In this document: positions 45,450 to 53,960 of the stretch, in pieces
Numbering within the stretch: the first letter of the stretch is position 1
How the letters are laid out: each line of letters opens with the position of its first letter
NCBI GenBank assembly: GCA_022793815.1
Contig: JAAWDP010000011.1
Coordinates: forward strand, 89,457-153,456
Direction: 5' to 3'
Source of the DNA: Clostridia bacterium
GTDB taxonomy: Bacteria > Bacillota > Clostridia > Christensenellales > Pumilibacteraceae
DNA: 64,000 nucleotides
Made by a program: the position numbers and the translations under genes
The notes under the pieces: model-generated
The model's input: only the letters and a program-made list of their open reading frames with translations
Database searches by the model: none
Told to the model about the DNA's origin: nothing

Positions 45450-45806
45450 ATGGACAAGTATGACGGAATGAATAAGCCCGAAATAAGCCTCAGCGAAAAC
45501 TTATCCAAACGCGGCGAAATGCAAAGCAAAGGCGCTGCGCCTTGCTCGGATAAGTCCGGCGATGAAACGGATAAACCTGCGCGCAAAGGGGTGGGAATAT
45601 TGCGCTTTCTGCTGCGCGCGGCTGTGTCTGCCGCCGTGCTGGCGTTTGTGTTCTTGCCTCGGTTTTTTCCGTATCGCGGCTCCGAAAAAGTGACCGATAC
45701 CGTGAAAACAATAATTATGACAGACATAACATACAGCGAAAACGTGGGTTCTGGTGCTTTGGTTGATTTGATACGTAAGCTTTTTGCTTCCGATGACGAA
45801 AAATAG
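45450..45806 (+). CDS. Hypothetical single-TM protein at the SpoIVFA position
   Basis: 118 aa with a central TM helix (ILRFLLRAAVSAAVLAFVFL). TATAAT (45439-45444) ends 5 nt before the ATG and there is no SD. The 3' end overlaps the next gene. Confidence 0.5.
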   Translation: MDKYDGMNKPEISLSENLSKRGEMQSKGAAPCSDKSGDETDKPARKGVGILRFLLRAAVSAAVLAFVFLPRFFPYRGSEKVTDTVKTIIMTDITYSENVGSGALVDLIRKLFASDDEK

Positions 45807-46701
45807 AGTAAAAAAATCGCGTAAAGGCGGATTTGCTCCGGCGATTGGCGGAGCAAAAATCAAAGTTTCGTTTTGGGTCGTACTTATGGCTGCGATAGCG
45901 ATAGCTACGGGGCATCTCCGCGAAATTCTGTCCTATGCCGCCGCGGTTATTCTGCACGAGTTTGCCCATGCCACCGTCGCCGCGCGACTCGGGTATACTC
46001 TCGACTGTATCAAAATAATGCCTTACGGAGCGGCGCTGACGGGCGAGTTCGAAACGGCGCGTCCGCGCGACGAATTTCTGATTGCGATAGCAGGACCGCT
46101 TTCCAACGTGGTTTTTTCGGTGCTGTTCGTTGCGGTTTGGTGGCTTGTGCCGTCGCTTTTTTATTATACCGAGATTTATGTGCTGGCAAATGTTTTCACC
46201 GCACTCGTCAATCTGCTGCCGATATTTCCGCTGGACGGAGGCAGAGCGGCGCTTGCCCTGCTTTCGGTGCGGTTTGAAAGAGGCAAGGCGTATAAGGCTA
46301 TGCGCGTGCTCGGACTTGTTCTCGGCGTCGCCGGTATCGCGCTTGCGGCGGTGTTTTTCCGCCGTCTTAATTTTTCGTATTTCACGTTTTTGGTATTTGT
46401 TTTCGCGTCGTCGGTGTTTCCCGACAAGAGCAATACCTATCGGAGGCTGTACGGCATGTCTTACCGCATGAAGAAAATCCGAAGCGGACTCACCGTAAGG
46501 GAGATAATGGTGCACCGCGATACTACGCTTATTGCATGCTCGAAACTGCTTTCGCCCAACTATTATGCCAGATTTACCGTGACCGACGACACCATGAAGT
46601 GCGTCGGGACTTTGAGCGAAACCCAGCTTGAAGATTGTTTGGTTAAATTTCCGATTTCCGCTACGCTCGGGGAAACCGTTTCGAAACTTCGCAAGGGCTG
46701 A
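45793..46701 (+). CDS. M50 site-2 metalloprotease with C-terminal CBS-like domain (SpoIVFB-like)
   Basis: HEFAH zinc motif inside a TM helix, AGPLSN, NLLPIFPLDGGR, and a soluble C-terminal domain (VREIMVHRDTTLI...). The architecture matches B. subtilis SpoIVFB. Confidence 0.8.
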   Translation: MTKNRVKKSRKGGFAPAIGGAKIKVSFWVVLMAAIAIATGHLREILSYAAAVILHEFAHATVAARLGYTLDCIKIMPYGAALTGEFETARPRDEFLIAIAGPLSNVVFSVLFVAVWWLVPSLFYYTEIYVLANVFTALVNLLPIFPLDGGRAALALLSVRFERGKAYKAMRVLGLVLGVAGIALAAVFFRRLNFSYFTFLVFVFASSVFPDKSNTYRRLYGMSYRMKKIRSGLTVREIMVHRDTTLIACSKLLSPNYYARFTVTDDTMKCVGTLSETQLEDCLVKFPISATLGETVSKLRKG

Positions 46702-46813
46702 CGCGTTTGCCGGTCGTGCCGTAACGGTAAAAATACTTCGGTTTACTGCGTCTTGCTTGACATAGCGCCGTTTTCGGTGGTAAAATTAAACAAAAAGCCG
46801 AGAGGAAACTTAT

Positions 46814-47551
46814 ATGGAAGTGAAAAATACCGAAACTCACGGTTCGCCGCTGTCGGCAGATTTGGTCAAAACCGAATCTCAACCCGAGGCAGGCGTAAAT
46901 GCGGTCGATTCCGAGCCTGCCGAAAACCGTGTTGCGGAAAACAAAGTCTGCCCGGGTTGTTCTTTCGAAAATATCGGGAGCGCGAAATTTTGCAGCAATT
47001 GCGGAATGGCTCTGTCCGAAGGCTGCTGCGAAACTCTTGTCGAAAACACCACGCATTTTACGGTCGACATTTTGAAATCGGCTTTTTCGCAGCTGTGGAT
47101 TGTATCGCTCGCATGTTTTTTGCTTGCCGCTGTGACTCTGACTTTTATAATAATTACGGACGCGAAAATTGCCCGTATCATATTTGTTTTCTGTTGTGTG
47201 ATATTTATATTCTGCGGCATCGTGTACGCCGCAGTATATTTCAAGATGATGAAGGATAAACGATTTAAGTCTGACAACAAGCAGGTATACTATTTTACTG
47301 AGGACGATATAATCGCGGAATATTTCGAACACGGCGAGAAAAACTCCTCGGGAGCCTTGCACTATTGTGACGTGTCGGGCGTTCTGCGACGTAAGCGCGT
47401 GCTGCTCATTTATTTTCTGAACAACACTCAGTGCTATCCCGTGGATGTAAAATCGTTTACAAAGGGTACGGAATACGATTTGTACGGTCTGCTCAAACGC
47501 AAGTGCTCGCCGAAGGCAGTCAAAAAATATAAGTCGAAACAGATAAAATAA
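46814..47551 (+). CDS. Zinc-ribbon / two-TM / YcxB-like domain protein
   Basis: CPGCSFENIGSAKFCSNCG zinc ribbon, two TM helices, and a C-terminal domain resembling YcxB (…YYFTEDDIIAEY...VLLIYFLNNTQCYPVDVKSF). Confidence 0.6.
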   Translation: MEVKNTETHGSPLSADLVKTESQPEAGVNAVDSEPAENRVAENKVCPGCSFENIGSAKFCSNCGMALSEGCCETLVENTTHFTVDILKSAFSQLWIVSLACFLLAAVTLTFIIITDAKIARIIFVFCCVIFIFCGIVYAAVYFKMMKDKRFKSDNKQVYYFTEDDIIAEYFEHGEKNSSGALHYCDVSGVLRRKRVLLIYFLNNTQCYPVDVKSFTKGTEYDLYGLLKRKCSPKAVKKYKSKQIK

Positions 47552-47580
47552 CAGTAACGTCAATGCAGTGAAATATGGCG

Positions 47581-47612
47581 AAACGGGAGTATGCTTGCAC
47601 TCCCGTTTTTTC
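47581..47612 (+). terminator. Intrinsic terminator after the Zn-ribbon gene
   Basis: A 10-bp stem AAACGGGAGT / ACTCCCGTTT followed by a T-run. Confidence 0.75.
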
Positions 47613-47688
47613 TGTTCGGAAAGAGGCGAAAAATCGCCGTGCCGCGAAATCTTTTTTTCACGCTTTTTTCAAAAACCCTGCCAATCGG

Positions 47689-47717
47689 TTGAAAAAAATA
47701 CGGCAATATGCTATATT
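47689..47717 (+). promoter_or_regulatory. Putative promoter ending 6 nt before the ATG at 47724
   Basis: TTGAAA (47689-47694), a 17-nt spacer, then TATATT (47712-47717). Confidence 0.5.
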
Positions 47718-47723
47718 ATACGC

Positions 47724-49331
47724 ATGGACATAGACGTATTGATAAAACAGGCGTCGGACGGCAATATGCTCGGCGAGGTGGGCAAAGAGTTTTTTGCGGA
47801 TAAATCCCGCACCTCGGAACAAACCCGCAAGTTTATTACGGCGCTGCTTGAAAAGAAAGCTTACGAAAATTTGGCTACCGTTATGAGTTTCGGCTGTATC
47901 GACAATGCCGGAGGCGGCAGCTATCTTGCCGACCGCAATCGCCGGACTCGGCTCTCGGACAGATATTTCGATAATTTCATGGAACTTTGCAAATCGTGCG
48001 GCGTGGATATGTCGCTGGTTTATCCCATGCTTTTCGCGGCGTTCGACGCGCCCAAAAGCGGCTATCTTTACAGTTTCGTCGGCGGTATAGACGCTTATTT
48101 CATGCGCTACACGTCCAACGATTACGACGCGGCAGCCGAGATAATCCGCAAGTACGATAAAAAATACAAGTGCCTGTCGACTCTCATGGCGGCGGACAAG
48201 ACGCGCACCGTAAGTAATATTTTAAACGACTTGATTTACGGCAAGAGCGCCAATAAAACCATACTGCGCAAATACATACTCGAAAAGCGCGTCGATATCG
48301 TTCCGTCGCTTTGCCGCGAATATCTGAAAGCCAAAGCAAAACAGAAAGAGGGAATAGTCAGGCTTTTGCTGCTCTACAAGGGCGACCCTCGTGCCGAACG
48401 CTTTTTGGAGGAAATCGAGCGCAGCGAAAAATCCGTATCGGTTCTCAGATTGATAGAGCATTATAAAAACGCAAGACACGGCACAAAAGAGAGGGCGGAA
48501 GAGGAGATACTCGGCTCGGTGGAAAAAGACGGCATTGTTTACACTTTGATTCCCGAAAGCGATTTGACGGTGAAAATCGTGCCGTCGCCGTATCCGAAAG
48601 AAGCGGAAATCGCGGCGGAAAAAGCCGAAAAACGTCTGCGCGAGATAAGCGCCGATTTGGAAAAAAGCATGGAAAACAATACGCGAAAACCATGCGACTA
48701 TTTTATAAAACGCATTGCCGAAGACCGCCTTTTTGCCGCCGTGGCATCGTCTTTGCTGTTCTCGGTATATAAATTCGGTACTTTGTCTGACATAGTAACC
48801 GTGGAAAACGGCGAAATACGCGATTTAGACAATAAAAAGTGCAAACTCGAAGATGCGGAAGTCGCGGTTAGTCATCCAATCGAGTGGGAATATTTCGAAT
48901 TTCTGAAAGGAATTAACGCTGCGCAGCCGTTCGAACAGATTAAACGCGCGACGTTTGTCGCATCCGATTCGGAAAAAATGTATAACTTCTGCGGCAGAGT
49001 CCGCGGCGTGATAATGTCGGCGGGCGAGTTCAAATCCGCTCTCGGAAAAAAGGGCTTTAAAATGCTGAATAAAAACAGATATAACGAGAGTTCTTGCGCG
49101 GCGAAAGTGCGTAATGACATAGTTTGTGTTTTGGAATTTTCTCCGACCGATTTTTCTCAGCCGCATAAAACCGTTTCGATGGGGGATGTCAGATTCTACC
49201 GTTATGCCGATTTAATCAAGCTCGGCGGTCAAACCTACACCGACGGAATAAAGCCGTATCCCGTTGCTGCTGTGGACGCCGTTATGTTCAGTGAGTTTTT
49301 GCGCGACGTGTTCGGCGCGCTCAATCTGTAA
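47724..49331 (+). CDS. DUF4132-like protein (function unknown)
   Basis: Start at ATG 47724, because the ORF upstream of it contains the terminator hairpin. The C-terminal block VAVSHPIEWEYFEFLKGINAAQPFEQIKRATF resembles the HP..L...W....QPF.QL.R signature of DUF4132. This was recalled from memory, not searched. Confidence 0.55.
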   Translation: MDIDVLIKQASDGNMLGEVGKEFFADKSRTSEQTRKFITALLEKKAYENLATVMSFGCIDNAGGGSYLADRNRRTRLSDRYFDNFMELCKSCGVDMSLVYPMLFAAFDAPKSGYLYSFVGGIDAYFMRYTSNDYDAAAEIIRKYDKKYKCLSTLMAADKTRTVSNILNDLIYGKSANKTILRKYILEKRVDIVPSLCREYLKAKAKQKEGIVRLLLLYKGDPRAERFLEEIERSEKSVSVLRLIEHYKNARHGTKERAEEEILGSVEKDGIVYTLIPESDLTVKIVPSPYPKEAEIAAEKAEKRLREISADLEKSMENNTRKPCDYFIKRIAEDRLFAAVASSLLFSVYKFGTLSDIVTVENGEIRDLDNKKCKLEDAEVAVSHPIEWEYFEFLKGINAAQPFEQIKRATFVASDSEKMYNFCGRVRGVIMSAGEFKSALGKKGFKMLNKNRYNESSCAAKVRNDIVCVLEFSPTDFSQPHKTVSMGDVRFYRYADLIKLGGQTYTDGIKPYPVAAVDAVMFSEFLRDVFGALNL

Positions 49332-49554
49332 GCAAGCGCCGTTTCGTATGGTGCGGTATTCTGCCGTCATTCTTCCGTATGAAACATTGTTTAATAAAAT
49401 CCCGTTATAACCGTGACCGCATAATGCGGAACATTTCCGATTATTGAATTATTCTTCATAATCATTCCGTGCGGGCGACGAGTCCTCTGTAAAAAATGCC
49501 TCTAACCCCTCAAAAAAACACTACTATGTCTGTCATAACAAGGAGAAAACCCTA

Positions 49555-51357
49555 TTGAACGATATCGATTTCGAAAGAATACTGAAAAAAGTGGACAAGC
49601 CGTCGCGATATTGCGGCGGCGAACTCAATACTCCTGTAATGAAAAAGGACGCGCAGCTTAAATATCTGTTGTGTTTCCCCGATGTTTACGAAGTGGCAAT
49701 GTCCAACCTCGGTATAAAAATTCTTTACGGCATACTTAATAACCGCGCGGATACCGTATGCGAAACGGCTTATGCTCCGTGGGCGGATATGGCAAAAGTG
49801 CTCAAAGAGGAAAACGTGCCGCTGTTTTCGTCCGAAACCCGAACGCCCATGCATTCGTTCGATATCATAGGTTTTTCCATGCAGTACGAACTGTCGTATA
49901 CGACGGTTCTGTATATGCTCGAACTCGGCGGAGTCAAACTTCTTTCGAGTGAGCGCACAGAAAAAGACCCCGTGATTATGGCAGGCGGTCCCTGTACGGT
50001 CAACCCTCTGCCGCTTGTCGGTTTCGTGGATTTATTCAGTATCGGCGACGGCGAGCAGACTCTCGACGCTCTTGCCGAACTGTACACGCGCAATAAAAGG
50101 GAGGGCGGAACGCGCTCCGACTTTTTGAAAAAAGCGGCGTCGATAGACGGCGTTTATGTTCCGAGCGTCGGAAAAAACGGAGTGCGCCGTGCGGTGATAC
50201 CCGATTTGGACAAGGCGTATTTTCCTACTGCGCCGCAAGTGCCCAATATAGAGGCGGTGCATAACCGCGCCGTACTCGAAATATTCCGCGGCTGTACGCG
50301 CGGTTGCCGTTTCTGTCAGGCAGGTATGATTTACCGTCCCGTGCGCGAACGCGGCAAAGAAACAATCTTAAAGTACGCAAAAGAGCTGATAGACAACTGC
50401 GGTTTCGACGAAATTTCGCTGTCCTCGCTTTCCACCTGCGACTATCCCGATTTGCGCGAGCTTTTGAGCGAACTCAAACCGCTGACCGACAAAAGGCGCG
50501 TCACAATCGCATTGCCGTCCACGCGCGTCGATTCTTTCGAAGCGGAGTTCGTGGAGCAGTCGCGCAAGGGCTCGCTGACGTTTGCGCCGGAGGCGGGCAC
50601 GCAAAGACTTCGCGACGTAATAAACAAGAATATAACCGAAGACGACATTTTCACGTGTATGCGCCGTGCTTTCGAAAAGGGGTATTCGTCCGTTAAGCTC
50701 TATTTCATGATAGGACTGCCCACCGAAACCGACGAGGATTTGCTGGGTATAGCCGATATAGCCGCACGCATAAAATCACTGTACCGCGAATGTCATACCG
50801 CGAAAAAACCGCTGTCCGTAACCGTTTCGGCGTCCACGTTCGTACCCAAACCGTTTACGCCGTTTCAGTGGGAAGAGCAGATAAGTGCAGAGGAGATTGT
50901 CCGCCGTCAGCGGCTTTTGAAGGACGCTCTCCGCGAAATAAAGGTCAATTTCAACTATCACGACAAGGATATGTCCATGCTCGAAGCTGTTTTCGCGCGC
51001 GGCGACGAAACGCTTTCTCCCGTCATAAAATCCGCATACGAAAAGGGCTGCGTGTTCGACAGCTGGGGCGAATACTTCGATTTCGCAAAGTGGCAGGCTG
51101 CATTCGACGAGTGCGGTGTGAAAATGACGGACTTTACGCGCGAGCGCGGTATCGATGAAGTGCTGCCGTGGGATTTTGTCGACGTCGGCGTGAGTGCGCA
51201 GTATCTGAAAGAGGAGAGGAAAAAATCACGCGAGTGCGCGTTAACGCCGGATTGCCGCGGAAACTGCCGCAAATGCGGTTTGCAGTCCGCGCGCAAAGAC
51301 GCGTTCAAAAACTCGTGTGCAAAGCATATAAAACGCGATTTGCCGCGCAAAGGCTGA
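49555..51357 (+). CDS. Radical SAM protein with B12-binding-like N-terminal domain (TIGR03960 type)
   Basis: TTG start after AAGGAGA. It has the CTRGCRFCQAG (CxxxCxxC) motif. Its size and its pairing with the next gene fit the TIGR03960/TIGR03936 pair. Confidence 0.75.
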   Translation: MNDIDFERILKKVDKPSRYCGGELNTPVMKKDAQLKYLLCFPDVYEVAMSNLGIKILYGILNNRADTVCETAYAPWADMAKVLKEENVPLFSSETRTPMHSFDIIGFSMQYELSYTTVLYMLELGGVKLLSSERTEKDPVIMAGGPCTVNPLPLVGFVDLFSIGDGEQTLDALAELYTRNKREGGTRSDFLKKAASIDGVYVPSVGKNGVRRAVIPDLDKAYFPTAPQVPNIEAVHNRAVLEIFRGCTRGCRFCQAGMIYRPVRERGKETILKYAKELIDNCGFDEISLSSLSTCDYPDLRELLSELKPLTDKRRVTIALPSTRVDSFEAEFVEQSRKGSLTFAPEAGTQRLRDVINKNITEDDIFTCMRRAFEKGYSSVKLYFMIGLPTETDEDLLGIADIAARIKSLYRECHTAKKPLSVTVSASTFVPKPFTPFQWEEQISAEEIVRRQRLLKDALREIKVNFNYHDKDMSMLEAVFARGDETLSPVIKSAYEKGCVFDSWGEYFDFAKWQAAFDECGVKMTDFTRERGIDEVLPWDFVDVGVSAQYLKEERKKSRECALTPDCRGNCRKCGLQSARKDAFKNSCAKHIKRDLPRKG

Positions 51358-51391
51358 GTTATGCGTGACATAAATTATTTCGGAGATAAAA

Positions 51392-52042
51392 ATGATACTT
51401 TGTAAATTCACAAAAATCGACAGCGCGGTCTATATTCCGCATTTGGACATGCTGCGCGAGATGGGAAGGGCGGTGCGTCGCGCGGACCTGAGTGTAAGGT
51501 TTTCCGAAGGATTCAATCCACACATGCTGCTTTATTTTTCCCAGCCGCTTCCGCTCGGATTGCCCAGCGTTTGCGAATATTTTTGCGCCGACAGCGACGA
51601 AGACCCCGAAGTGTTCCGCGAGCGGCTCAACGTCAAACTTATGCGCGGCATGAGGATAACGGGCAGCGTCAAATGCGAAAAAGCCGAAGTGCATGCAATA
51701 ACCACCCACGCGTCATATCGCTTCAAAAGTCCCGAAAAGCCCTTCGATGAAGCAGTTTTAAACAGTATTATGTCACGCAAAACAATCGAAATACCCGTCA
51801 AAACAAAGAAAGGCATAGCCGTTTCCGACGTCAAGCCGCGTATTTATTCGCTGACGGTTGACGGAGGCGACGCCGTGGCGGTTCTCGGCTGCGGCAGAGA
51901 AAACCTGCGCGCGGACTCGCTTTGCGAATTTTTGCGCGGCGAGTGCGGCATCGGCGGCTCGGTACGCATACTCAAAGAAGCGGCATACGTTTTAAAGGAC
52001 GGCGTTTTGAAAACCGTAGACGAAATTTACGGTTTGACTTGA
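51392..52042 (+). CDS. Radical SAM-linked protein (TIGR03936 / DUF2344 type)
   Basis: The N-terminus KFTKIDSAVYIPHLDMLREMGRAVRRADLSVRFSEGFNPHMLLYFSQPLPLG is typical of DUF2344. It directly follows the radical SAM gene. Confidence 0.7.
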   Translation: MILCKFTKIDSAVYIPHLDMLREMGRAVRRADLSVRFSEGFNPHMLLYFSQPLPLGLPSVCEYFCADSDEDPEVFRERLNVKLMRGMRITGSVKCEKAEVHAITTHASYRFKSPEKPFDEAVLNSIMSRKTIEIPVKTKKGIAVSDVKPRIYSLTVDGGDAVAVLGCGRENLRADSLCEFLRGECGIGGSVRILKEAAYVLKDGVLKTVDEIYGLT

Positions 52043-52088
52043 TTTTGCCGCCGCCAAAGGCGAAAATCCCGAAATACGGGAAAATAGC

Positions 52089-52117
52089 TTGACAAAATGC
52101 CGTTAAAACTATATGCT
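52089..52117 (+). promoter_or_regulatory. Putative promoter of the RNase G gene
   Basis: TTGACA (52089-52094), a 17-nt spacer, then TATGCT (52112-52117). This leaves a leader of about 135 nt before GTG 52260. Confidence 0.5.
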
Positions 52118-52259
52118 TACAGGGAAAGTATAACCTTTGCGGGGTAAATGAACAGTACAGTAATCCGCTTTAATGCGGCACGTTATCGTTGTCCTGCTTG
52201 TTTTTTTGTTGCCGTATGAAGTTCGAATATAATAACTTTTACGGGAACATAGCAAAAGA

Positions 52260-53765
52260 GTGAGAAGTCAGATTTTAATAGACGTGGACAGTTACATGTC
52301 GTCGGTAGCGCTTACCGAGGACGGCAGACTCAAAGAATACTACGTCGAATACAAGGATACCAACCGTTTGACGGGCAATATCTATAAAGGGCGCGTTGTC
52401 AATGTTTTGCAGGGATTGCAGAGCGCTTTTGTGGATATCGGTTTGGAACGCAACGGATTTCTTGCCGCCTCGGAAGCGCTCGACCATAAGAGCGTGCTTT
52501 CCGGTTCGGGTAAAATGCCCGACAGGCTCAACGTAAAAGAGGGCGACTATCTTTTGGTGCAGGTCACAAAAGAAGAAACTGGAATGAAGGGCGCGCGCCT
52601 TTCCGCCAACATTTCCATACCCGGCAGATATGTGGTATATCTTCCCATGCTCGATTTCATCGGGGTTTCCAATAAGATAACCGACGAGTCCGAACGCCGT
52701 AAACTTACCGAATTGCTTGAAAAAGTCAAACCCAAAGACGGAGGATTCATTGCGCGTACAATCTGCGTCGAAGCCAAGAAGCAGGATATTTTGGACGAAG
52801 CCAAACAGCTTAAAAAGATGTATGTCGATATGCGTGCCGCATCGTCGTCGCTCGGCAGCGGCGTGGGGCTTGTCCACAGCGAGGGCGGATTGATAGTGCG
52901 CACCGTCCGCGACATGATTTCGTCGTCCGTCGAGTCCGTTGTTTGCAACGACAAACCGACTTTCGATGCGCTCAAAGATGTGCTTTCCAAGATAAACCCG
53001 CGGTTTAAAGACCGAGTCAAATATTTCGAAAGCGACTACGATATGAGCGACGTGTACGGCGTGCTCAAAGAAGTCGACAAACTGCTCGAACACAAAGTCG
53101 CGCTCGAAGGCGGCGGCACGCTTGTCATAGACCATACGGAAGCGCTCACCGCGATAGACGTAAACACGGGCAGATTCATCGGCGACGACGACAGTCACGA
53201 AAACACGGTTTTCCGCACCAACGTCGAAGCGGCAGGGGAAATAGCGCGGCAGCTGCGGCTGCGAAATATCGGCGGTATCGTGATAATCGATTTTATCGAT
53301 ATGAAGGAGCAGGAGCATAGGGACGCCGTCGTCGAGGCGCTCAGAAAAGAAATGCTGTTCGACAGGACGAAAACCCGTGTGCTCGGCATGAGCGAACTCG
53401 GACTTGTCGAAGTTACGCGCAAAAAAACGGGACAGGAAATCGGCGATATGCTGCTCACAAACTGTCCGTATTGCAACGGCAGCGCGCATACGCATTCGGG
53501 CGACTATCTTGCGAAAAAACTCAAAGCCCGCCTTATGCGCCTTTTTGCCGAGGGCAGTTATACGGGCGCGTCCGTAACACTGAACCCCGCAATACTCGAA
53601 CGTATCGGTTCGCGCGGTTTCTTTACCCGCATTCTTTCGGAAAATTGGAGCGACAAACGTATCTATCTTGTGCCAGACGAAAAACTGCCGCCTGCGGAAT
53701 TCCGCATAATGGCGCATAAGAGCGATATAATTTCCGTGCCGGTTACGGCGCGCCTTCTGTACTGA
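52260..53765 (+). CDS. rng: Ribonuclease E/G family endoribonuclease (RNase G-like)
   Basis: S1 domain GNIYKGRVVNVLQGLQSAFVDIGLERNGFL. The catalytic region has ALTAIDVNTGRF and GGIVIIDFIDM, and there is a CPYCNGSA zinc link. Confidence 0.85.
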   Translation: MRSQILIDVDSYMSSVALTEDGRLKEYYVEYKDTNRLTGNIYKGRVVNVLQGLQSAFVDIGLERNGFLAASEALDHKSVLSGSGKMPDRLNVKEGDYLLVQVTKEETGMKGARLSANISIPGRYVVYLPMLDFIGVSNKITDESERRKLTELLEKVKPKDGGFIARTICVEAKKQDILDEAKQLKKMYVDMRAASSSLGSGVGLVHSEGGLIVRTVRDMISSSVESVVCNDKPTFDALKDVLSKINPRFKDRVKYFESDYDMSDVYGVLKEVDKLLEHKVALEGGGTLVIDHTEALTAIDVNTGRFIGDDDSHENTVFRTNVEAAGEIARQLRLRNIGGIVIIDFIDMKEQEHRDAVVEALRKEMLFDRTKTRVLGMSELGLVEVTRKKTGQEIGDMLLTNCPYCNGSAHTHSGDYLAKKLKARLMRLFAEGSYTGASVTLNPAILERIGSRGFFTRILSENWSDKRIYLVPDEKLPPAEFRIMAHKSDIISVPVTARLLY

Positions 53766-53911
53766 CGCGGCGCTTTTCGGCGCGCTTCGGGCATGCCGAG
53801 CGCGGCGGTCGGTTTCGCTCGGTAAAATAATGGGGTCAGCCCATACGGCGGCAATCGGGGCTGTTTAAGGCGTTAAACGTGCGTTCTGCGTTCCTAAGAC
53901 ATCGAAAATCG

Positions 53912-53940
53912 TTGACTGACCGATATAAAATTGATATAAT
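53912..53940 (+). promoter_or_regulatory. Near-consensus sigma-A promoter of the GH63-like gene
   Basis: TTGACT (53912-53917), a 17-nt spacer, then TATAAT (53935-53940). A GAGAGG SD precedes ATG 53961. Confidence 0.6.
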
Positions 53941-53960
53941 AGGGCGAGAGAGGTAAGCAA

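Noticed and set aside
47568-47723. An N-terminal extension of the DUF4132-like ORF (MKYGETGVCLHSRFF...)
   Set aside because: The extension contains the terminator hairpin of the upstream gene (47581-47612) and the predicted promoter (47689-47717). Its sequence is not protein-like. The start was moved to ATG 47724.
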